A stretch of DNA of 64,000 nt from an uncultured Elusimicrobium sp. (GTDB lineage: Bacteria > Elusimicrobiota > Elusimicrobia > Elusimicrobiales > Elusimicrobiaceae), in the NCBI GenBank assembly GCA_902797165.1, contig CADBRU010000029.1, forward strand, positions 2,443-66,442, written 5' to 3'. The notes beneath the pieces were generated by a model that worked only from the letters and a program-made list of their open reading frames with translations, was not told the origin of the DNA and did not search any database. Positions 11,901 through 19,139 of this stretch are shown here, in pieces; the stretch's first letter is position 1; each line of letters starts with the position of its first letter. Both the position numbers and the translations under genes were made by a program.

Positions 11901-12116
11901 TTTCGGGATATGACCATTGAAAACAGAATGACTTTGCCGGATGCCATTAGTGAAGTGGCTATCTTCAAGCGTGATGTGCCGCCGGCTAAGTTGTACTTGT
12001 ACGGCCGGTTTAAAGGCTTTACGGCAGATGGCAAGAGTTTGCATGATGCCTACGTGTTTGACGAGAACGGTACCTTGTGGGTAGAAGTGCACGGTTACCA
12101 AGCCATCGGACAATAA
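2958..12116 (+). CDS. Type I PKS / PfaA-like megasynthase, probably iterative: KS-AT-KS-ACPx4-KR-DH
   Basis: KS1: [42 protein letters not shown]. KS2: [21 protein letters not shown]. Four ACP repeats. KR: [8 protein letters not shown] and [25 protein letters not shown]. Confidence 0.93.
   Translation: [3052 protein letters not shown]
7776..9167 (+). repeat. Four tandem intragenic ACP-domain repeats with Pro/Ala/Val linkers
   Basis: Near-identical [31 protein letters not shown] units; Thr codons at 7890, 8268, 8649 and 9045 (spacing 378, 381, 396 nt). Confidence 0.95.
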
Positions 12117-12739
12117 TGTCAGTAGAAATTCAAGTAGTAGATTTATCGAGTCTGCCTTCCGGTGAAACTTTTTTAAGTGAGCGGGAACAAGTGTTTTTTA
12201 ACACGTTAAAACTTCCCAAACGTCAAAAAGAGTGGTTGGGAGGCAGATTTGCTTTAAAGCAGTTACTGTCTAACCGATTAAAAAGATCTCTGCGTGAAAT
12301 AGAAATTTTACCGCAAGAAAATAGTGGTAAACCGCTTGTGCAAGTGGGGGGAGACTCTTGCTCGGTAGCATTTAGCATTACGCACAGTAACGGGTATGCG
12401 GTGGCGGCTATTTGCGATAAGGCGCGTTATATCGGTATTGATTTGGAAAAAGTACAAAGCCGTATAGAGCGTTGGAAAAAAGATTTTTTCCATCCGTCTG
12501 AACTAACCGAAGAAGGTGATGAGTTTTTAACCGCTCTTTGGACGCAAAAAGAAGCCGCTACTAAACTATTGGGTACTGGGCTGACAATTGGCAGTTTTGA
12601 TGTTCGTTGCATAGGGGGAAAAGTAACTTTTTTCAATCGTGCGCGGGGGGTTTACGAGCAGTTAGGTAGCCCCGAAATTACGTTGCAAACTTCCGCTTTG
12701 CTTCCCGGTTTTGAGTTTACCGTGGCAATTGGGAAATAG
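12116..12739 (+). CDS. Sfp-type 4'-phosphopantetheinyl transferase
   Basis: GKP, SITHS, IGIDLE and WTQKEA motifs; ATG overlaps the PKS stop (TAATG, 12114-12118). Confidence 0.88.
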   Translation: MSVEIQVVDLSSLPSGETFLSEREQVFFNTLKLPKRQKEWLGGRFALKQLLSNRLKRSLREIEILPQENSGKPLVQVGGDSCSVAFSITHSNGYAVAAICDKARYIGIDLEKVQSRIERWKKDFFHPSELTEEGDEFLTALWTQKEAATKLLGTGLTIGSFDVRCIGGKVTFFNRARGVYEQLGSPEITLQTSALLPGFEFTVAIGK

Positions 12740-12814
12740 GTCAAAAAACACTTAACAACACAAAAAAACTACACTTTATTTAACCCTCTATTTTAGGGTG
12801 AAATTACTTGGGAG
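12728..12814 (+). promoter_or_regulatory. Pilin promoter/leader cassette, copy A (TTAACA-N12 containing A7-TACACT, then leader)
   Basis: Aligns by eye with 45029-45120; the final 39 nt up to the SD are 31/39 identical. Confidence 0.55.
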
Positions 12815-12823
12815 ATTGTGAAT

Positions 12824-13294
12824 ATGAAAAAAGGTTTTACATTGATTGAATTGTTGGTAGTAGTTCTTATTATCGGCATACTCTCGGCCATTGCATTGCC
12901 GCAATATAATTTTGCGGTAGAAAAAGCGCGTGCTACGGAAGCGCTAACGGTTTTAGGGTCTGTGCGTCAGGCAGAAGAACTATATTATATGTCTAACGGT
13001 GCTTATACCAGTGATTTTGAGGCATTGGATATTCAAGTGCCCGAAAGCAAATATTGGGAATGGAAATTGTTCCCGAATAAAGCCATTGCGGCTTGGAGAA
13101 AGAACGTAGATGCCTCTAAAGAATATAGATTTTGGTTCCGTTTCGCCCATGCAACTGAAGAAAATGTAAGAAATACTGTCGTCTGCGGATATGATGACGA
13201 CGCCGCGGCAGAATATGCCACGCGCATGTGCCGTGCATTGGGGGCTACGGAACGGGCCGATGAAGAAAAACCTCGTTGGTATTTGAAGCATTAA
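12824..13294 (+). CDS. PilE-like type IV prepilin (copy 2)
   Basis: MKKG|FTLIELLVVV N-terminus; ATG at 12824 after GGAG. Confidence 0.9.
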   Translation: MKKGFTLIELLVVVLIIGILSAIALPQYNFAVEKARATEALTVLGSVRQAEELYYMSNGAYTSDFEALDIQVPESKYWEWKLFPNKAIAAWRKNVDASKEYRFWFRFAHATEENVRNTVVCGYDDDAAAEYATRMCRALGATERADEEKPRWYLKH

Positions 13295-13363
13295 TGCTTT
13301 TATTGTCTTTACTTGCGTTCATATTTAGTAAAATAGAAATATATACATTTGGAGGGCGCAAGT

Positions 13364-14971
13364 ATGGAACTATTTGACAACCCCAGAGAAGATAAGAATC
13401 AAAAAATGGATGAGCCGACTCCTAAAAGTCTGCAAAAATTCCGTGAAATTGCCGCGCAAGCACTAGCCGGAGCGGGTGAAGAGAAAAACAAAGCCCAAAA
13501 GGCCAAAGGCAAATTTACCGCGCGCGAACGTATTTCCTACCTGTTAGACCAAGACAGTTTTTTTGAAATCAAAAGTTTAGTGGAAAGTAATTGCCACGAC
13601 TTTGGTGTGGCAGACAAACACATCAAAGGCGACGGCGTTATTACGGGTTTTGGCCGTATCAATGGCCGTCCGGTGGCTATTTTTGCCCAAGATTTTCCGC
13701 AACTGGGCGGTTCACTGGGGTATGCCCACGCAACCAAAATTGCCGATATTATGGACAAAGCGTTGCAGGCTAAAATACCGGTAATCGGACTGCTTGACAG
13801 CGGCGGCGCACGTATTCAAGAGGGTGTGGAAAGTTTGAACGGTTACGGTGAAATTTTCTGGCGTAACGTCAAAGCATCCGGCAAAATTCCGCAAATTTCC
13901 GTCATATTAGGGCCTTGTGCGGGCGGTGCGGCGTATTCCCCGGCACTTACTGATTTTATTTTTATGGTAGAAGGTATCAGCCACATGTTTATCACGGGGC
14001 CGAGCGCTGTCAAAGCGGCTACCGGAGAAGATGTGGACATTGACACGTTGGGCGGCAGTGTGCCGCACAGTGAAAAAAGCGGTGTGTGCCATTTTATTGC
14101 CAAATCCGAGCAAGATTGTTTCCGCCAAGTGCGCGAACTGCTCAGTTTCTTGCCGCAAAATAATGAGGAACGTCCGCCCTCTGATACTAAGACCGACGTA
14201 ACGGACCGTTCCGTAAAAGTATTGGAACGGGTTTGCGCGATGGATCCCAAAAAGGCTTTCCGTATCCAACACGTCATTTGGCGTTTGGCGGATAATTTCG
14301 GTTTCTTTGAAATTCACCAAAATTTTGCCAAAAATGTGGTTACCGGATTTATTCGGTTAGGGGGAGAAGTGGTCGGCGTAATTGCCAATAACCCCGCGCA
14401 TTTGGGCGGTGCTTTGGACAGCGACGCCAGTGATAAGGCTGCGCGCTTTATCCGCTTCTTAAATGCCTTTAATATTCCTATTTTGACCTTAGTGGATACC
14501 GGTGGTTATTTGCCGGGTGTGGACCAAGAACACGGCGGTATTATCCGCCATGGGGCCAAACTGCTCTATGCCTATGCCGAAGCAACCGTGCCGAAGGTGA
14601 CATTGGTTTTGCGCAAAGCATACGGCGGGGCCTATATTGCCATGGGTTCCAAATTTTTGCGCGGGGATTTGAACTTTGCTTTCCCCAGTGCGGAAATTGC
14701 CGTCATGGGACCGCGCGGGGCCGTAGAAATCTTATATTCGCGTGATTTGAAGAAAGAAACGGACGAGAAGAAAAAGGAAGAAATGAAAGAAAAACTTACC
14801 AAAGAATATTCCAATAAATTCGCTTCTCCGTATCAGGCCGCGCGTAACGGATCTATTGATGAAATCATTGAGCCGGCGCAAGCCCGTGCCAAGATTATCG
14901 GAGCGTTTAAGATTTTGCAGAGCAAACGCGACCCGAAGAAACACCCCAACACGGGTAATATTCCGCTGTAA
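13364..14971 (+). CDS. Acyl-CoA carboxylase carboxyltransferase subunit (PccB/MmdA/AccD family)
   Basis: ARERI, GDGVITG, DSGGARIQEG, GPCAGGAAYSPALTD, RKAYGGAY, GNIPL; SD GGAGG. Confidence 0.9.
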   Translation: MELFDNPREDKNQKMDEPTPKSLQKFREIAAQALAGAGEEKNKAQKAKGKFTARERISYLLDQDSFFEIKSLVESNCHDFGVADKHIKGDGVITGFGRINGRPVAIFAQDFPQLGGSLGYAHATKIADIMDKALQAKIPVIGLLDSGGARIQEGVESLNGYGEIFWRNVKASGKIPQISVILGPCAGGAAYSPALTDFIFMVEGISHMFITGPSAVKAATGEDVDIDTLGGSVPHSEKSGVCHFIAKSEQDCFRQVRELLSFLPQNNEERPPSDTKTDVTDRSVKVLERVCAMDPKKAFRIQHVIWRLADNFGFFEIHQNFAKNVVTGFIRLGGEVVGVIANNPAHLGGALDSDASDKAARFIRFLNAFNIPILTLVDTGGYLPGVDQEHGGIIRHGAKLLYAYAEATVPKVTLVLRKAYGGAYIAMGSKFLRGDLNFAFPSAEIAVMGPRGAVEILYSRDLKKETDEKKKEEMKEKLTKEYSNKFASPYQAARNGSIDEIIEPAQARAKIIGAFKILQSKRDPKKHPNTGNIPL

Positions 14972-14990
14972 AGTGGTTTTTTGTAAAAAT

Positions 14991-15019
14991 AAAAACCCCC
15001 GAGTTAATCGGGGGTTTTT
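14991..15019. terminator. Bidirectional terminator
   Basis: AAAAACCCCCGA-gttaa-TCGGGGGTTTTT between convergent genes. Confidence 0.85.
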
Positions 15020-15030
15020 ACTGGTAGATT

Positions 15031-17685
15031 TTATCTTCCGCTGCTCTTTATCATTTCGGCAATCTTTTCATTGAAACTGAATTTGCGGATCAGCATGTCA
15101 ACGGGCAGTTGCATGCGGTAGCGCCAGTAATGCCGCGGATTAGCGGGAATATTAATGCGTTCGGCGTCCGGATCGGGCGCGCGCAAATTTTCGTCCATAG
15201 AGGTCCAATCTTGCCAGCCAATCATACAAAGCATAGACGGGCTCTTTAGGTGCATACACAAAATCTGCTCGCATACATCGGCAGAGGGTTCAGCGGGAGC
15301 CGTACCTTCGCGGTGTAATTGTTCGTTCCAAAACTTTTGCGTCAGTTCGGGGTTTTCCTTCCACCAACCGCGCAGCACAGACATATCATGCGTAGACGGT
15401 GTGGCTACCGATAAATAAGGATATTGTTCGGTTTGAGCAAAGGTTTGCCCGATTTGTTTGGGCATGCGCTGAATTTCCAAACTGAGCATTTGCAGTTGCT
15501 TCATTACTTCCGGTACACAATGCGGAATCATGCCCAAATCTTCGGCGCAGCAAAGCATAGGCGTAGTTTGCGTCAAGGCCGGTAATTTGGCTAAGGCTTG
15601 CTGTTTCCAAAACTCATCTTGACGATGGTAGAAATAGTCATTATACAGGTGCGTATATGCCACTTGTTGATCTTCGGGCAAGACCTTAAAAGCCGAGGTA
15701 TCTAAGGCGCTGATGCGCGGATGATACAAGTGTGCTTGGCGATGATCCGTTACGAACAGTACGTTATTGCATAACTCATATAAACCGTCGCGCAATTTGA
15801 GTTCTTGTTCTTTGGTTTTTCCTTCAAATACTTTTTCAATTTTGCGTTGGGTATCATAAGAGTCATGTAACTGATACATGCCGTTAATATCCACCACGTA
15901 TGTTTTGCGTACGGTATCGGCTTGCTCACCAAATACTTGTTCTAAAACTTCATCGGTAATAAACGGTTTTACATGTTCAGGTTTAAAATCAAAACCGAAC
16001 CGGCGGATTTCTTCTTCCGAAAGAGGCAAGGCGGGGGAAAATTGTCCCAAAAGCCCTTGCACGGAATGCAACGGGATTTCCCAAATGCGGAAGAAACCTA
16101 ACACGTGATCAATGCGATACGCATCAAAATAACGAGTCATGTGCGCAAAGCGGTGCTTCCACCATGCGTATCCGTCTTTAGCCATTTCATCCCAGTTGTA
16201 GGTAGGAAATCCCCAATTTTGCCCGGTAACGGAAAAATCGTCGGGCGGGGCTCCGGCTTGTGCGTTGAGATGGAACAGTTGCGGCGCAGACCATGCGTCC
16301 GCACTTAAAGGGGAAACTCCTATGGGGATATCTCCTTTTAAACCGACCCCTTTACTGCGTGCGTAGTTATGCGCTTGTAATAATTGTATGTGCAATACAT
16401 ATTGTACGTACAAATAGAAGTAGGCATTGGATCTTTCTTGCGAGGGGATGGTAAAGAATTTGCGCATGGCATTTTCCGAAAATTCACTGTATTTCGGCCA
16501 GGCATGCCAATCGGCAGTTTCATATTTGTCGCGCAATGCACTAAACATAGCGTATACAGCCAGCCAAAGAGAATTTTCTTCCCAAAAATCTAAGAAGGGT
16601 TTACTGCGCAGTACACTATCTCCTTCTTGCTCATAGGCCGCGCGCAATCGTTCCGTTTTTAGTTTCAAAACGGCTTCATAATCTACTTGCGGCAAAGCAT
16701 TTAGTTTAGCGCGTTCTTTTTCAAATTTTTTATTTTTGCCGCTATCTGCTAAAGGCGGCAGGGCAGACATATCGGCATAAATCGGATGAAAGGCATACAC
16801 GCTTACACTGTTATACGGGTAAGAATCTTGCCAAGTGCCCGTTAGAGAAGTATCATTGACCGGTAAGATTTGAACCATTTTTTGTCCGGTGGAAGCGGCC
16901 CAATCAATAAAGGCTTGTAAGGAGCCGAAGTCCCCGATGCCCCAATCTTTCTCCGTGCGGATAGAAAATACCGGAATAACGGTTCCCGCTGCGCGTATGG
17001 GTGTTAATTCAAAATGCGGGTCAAAACCGGTAGAAACTACCGTTTCACCTTCTTGCGGAAGGGTAATGGGGAATTGGCGGTTTCCGTTAAGTTCCCACAA
17101 GATAGACCCATCGGGATTTTTAATGATAAATTTATAGGATAATTCCGTTTTTAATTGGGAAGCATCCAAGCAGATTTTCCATTCATTGACGCCGGCCGGT
17201 ACTAACGGAAGGGCATTTTCCACTTTCCAATTTCCTAAATAATCTCCTTCTCCGCAGAGGAACGGTTTTTGTCCGTCTGTCAGCCCCGGAATATGCACAC
17301 GTAAAATCAAACTGGTCGGGTATTCTTCTAACGGTTGCGCGTTAATTTGCGGTGCAAAAGCGGTGCTGTAAAGCCAAGATTTTTCCGGCAAATCTTGCCA
17401 CAAATCCAACAAACGATAGGTTTCTCGTTTTTCAGATAAAAACAGTAGGCGCGGAATAGCCGTCCATTCTTGCCGCACAATTTGCTCTGCGCGAACTACC
17501 TGATAGGCATAGGAAATGGTGTAGTTATCGGCGGGGACTTCTAAAGAGCCGGACCATAATTTATGATCGGCACTTTCCAAGTCTACCTGATGGCGGAGTA
17601 CCTTTTGCGGTGTGTATAAAACCAAAACGGCGCGCAGACTTTCGTCTGCGCCCGTTTCGTAAGGAAGTTGAAAATAAATTTTCAT
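15031..17685 (-). CDS. malQ: 4-alpha-glucanotransferase (GH77, DPE2-like with N-terminal CBM20-like domains)
   Basis: GIGDFG, QILPVNDT, KGDIPIG, GAPPDDF, GQNWGFP, RIDHVLGF, AEDLG, THD motifs. Confidence 0.92.
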   Translation of the reverse strand: MKIYFQLPYETGADESLRAVLVLYTPQKVLRHQVDLESADHKLWSGSLEVPADNYTISYAYQVVRAEQIVRQEWTAIPRLLFLSEKRETYRLLDLWQDLPEKSWLYSTAFAPQINAQPLEEYPTSLILRVHIPGLTDGQKPFLCGEGDYLGNWKVENALPLVPAGVNEWKICLDASQLKTELSYKFIIKNPDGSILWELNGNRQFPITLPQEGETVVSTGFDPHFELTPIRAAGTVIPVFSIRTEKDWGIGDFGSLQAFIDWAASTGQKMVQILPVNDTSLTGTWQDSYPYNSVSVYAFHPIYADMSALPPLADSGKNKKFEKERAKLNALPQVDYEAVLKLKTERLRAAYEQEGDSVLRSKPFLDFWEENSLWLAVYAMFSALRDKYETADWHAWPKYSEFSENAMRKFFTIPSQERSNAYFYLYVQYVLHIQLLQAHNYARSKGVGLKGDIPIGVSPLSADAWSAPQLFHLNAQAGAPPDDFSVTGQNWGFPTYNWDEMAKDGYAWWKHRFAHMTRYFDAYRIDHVLGFFRIWEIPLHSVQGLLGQFSPALPLSEEEIRRFGFDFKPEHVKPFITDEVLEQVFGEQADTVRKTYVVDINGMYQLHDSYDTQRKIEKVFEGKTKEQELKLRDGLYELCNNVLFVTDHRQAHLYHPRISALDTSAFKVLPEDQQVAYTHLYNDYFYHRQDEFWKQQALAKLPALTQTTPMLCCAEDLGMIPHCVPEVMKQLQMLSLEIQRMPKQIGQTFAQTEQYPYLSVATPSTHDMSVLRGWWKENPELTQKFWNEQLHREGTAPAEPSADVCEQILCMHLKSPSMLCMIGWQDWTSMDENLRAPDPDAERINIPANPRHYWRYRMQLPVDMLIRKFSFNEKIAEMIKSSGR

Positions 17686-17687
17686 AA

Positions 17688-19019
17688 TTAAATTGCCTTC
17701 TTTATAGAAGTTTTATCCTGTACAAAGAAAGTAGCAATAGCGGCAATAAGTAAACTTACACCGCCAAGTCCGACTGCGGCTATCGTGCTGCCACCCAATA
17801 CGTGTGTAAGGATCGGGCCGAAGAATAAGTTTACACAGATTTGCGGAATTACAATAAAGAAGTTAAATACACCCATGTAAAAACCCATTTTTTCGGCCGG
17901 CAAACTATTAGAGAGCAAGGCATACGGCATGGACAAAATACTGCTCCACGCAATACCGATACATACCATCGGGAAAATTAATCCCATCTTGGTAAAAGTA
18001 ACTCCAAACAAGGTCAGTCCCAAAGAGCCCAGCCCGATTGCGCCGATTGTCAAACAAACAATATGTATGTGCTTGGCGGAGAATTTGGTAGTCAGCCATA
18101 GCAAGGCAAATGCAAAGCCGAAGGCCACCCCGTTATAAATACCGAAACAAGAACTTCCCCAGTTGGCGGCTTCTTCAAAAGCAGCGGTACCGGGTTCGGC
18201 ATGGAAAACGCCGGAAGCAATACCGGGGGTGAAATACACCCACATAATCATAAAAGCGGCCCATGTGAAAAATTGCACCACCGCTAAGCGGCGCATGGTG
18301 GATGGCATGGTGGTAAAGGCACTCCACATTTCGGATAAAGTCTTGCTTAAACTGCCGCGTTGGCTTTGCAACTTTTTAAATTCTTCCATGTTTTGCGGCG
18401 GATATTCCGGAGTAGAAGCAATGGTAATATAAACCGCCGTAAACAACACAATAGCCCCGATAAAGAAGGAATATTTTATAGTATTGGGGATATGTCCGAT
18501 AGAGGCTTCGGTGCTGACACCCAGTGAGGTCAAAATTTGCGGTAAGAAAGAAGCAATAACGGCACCGGCGCCGATCATAACACTTTGCATGGCATAGCCG
18601 GTTTTGCGTTGGTGTTCGGGCAAAATATCACCCACAAAAGCGCGGAACGGTTCCATACTCACGTTGACGGAAGTATCCAAAATCCATAAAGCAATGACGG
18701 CCATCCAAATAGCCGAGGCTTGCGGCATTAAGAACAAAGCGATTGTCGAAAAAATAGCCCCACCTAAAAAATACGGGCGGCGGCGGCCAAGTCTGCACCA
18801 TGTGCGATCACTGAAATATCCGACGAGCGGTTGCACCAAAAGCCCGGTAACAGGAGCGGCTAACCACAAAAGTGCGATTTTAGATTCTTCCGCACCTAGG
18901 CGCATATAAATTGCGCTCATATTGTTCATTTGTAAAGCCCAACCAAACTGAATACCGAAAAACCCCAAACACATCAGCATAATTTGCTGAAAGTTCTTAG
19001 GTTCGTGAGAGTCTTGCAT
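17688..19019 (-). CDS. MFS sugar transporter (maltose/sucrose GPH-like)
   Basis: GFFGIQFGWALQ, QPLVGYFSDRTW..GRRRPY, MEPFRAFVGD, YMGVFNFFIVIPQ; multiple TM helices; operonic with malQ. Confidence 0.88.
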   Translation of the reverse strand: MQDSHEPKNFQQIMLMCLGFFGIQFGWALQMNNMSAIYMRLGAEESKIALLWLAAPVTGLLVQPLVGYFSDRTWCRLGRRRPYFLGGAIFSTIALFLMPQASAIWMAVIALWILDTSVNVSMEPFRAFVGDILPEHQRKTGYAMQSVMIGAGAVIASFLPQILTSLGVSTEASIGHIPNTIKYSFFIGAIVLFTAVYITIASTPEYPPQNMEEFKKLQSQRGSLSKTLSEMWSAFTTMPSTMRRLAVVQFFTWAAFMIMWVYFTPGIASGVFHAEPGTAAFEEAANWGSSCFGIYNGVAFGFAFALLWLTTKFSAKHIHIVCLTIGAIGLGSLGLTLFGVTFTKMGLIFPMVCIGIAWSSILSMPYALLSNSLPAEKMGFYMGVFNFFIVIPQICVNLFFGPILTHVLGGSTIAAVGLGGVSLLIAAIATFFVQDKTSIKKAI

Positions 19020-19139
19020 GATTTCCTCCGTTAAGATGAGAATATACTGATACTTTCATTATAAATCATTTTTTGCAAAACGCACCACTATTTTTACAAA
19101 ATTGCTATGATATAGAAAAGATTTACTTAGGTGAATATT

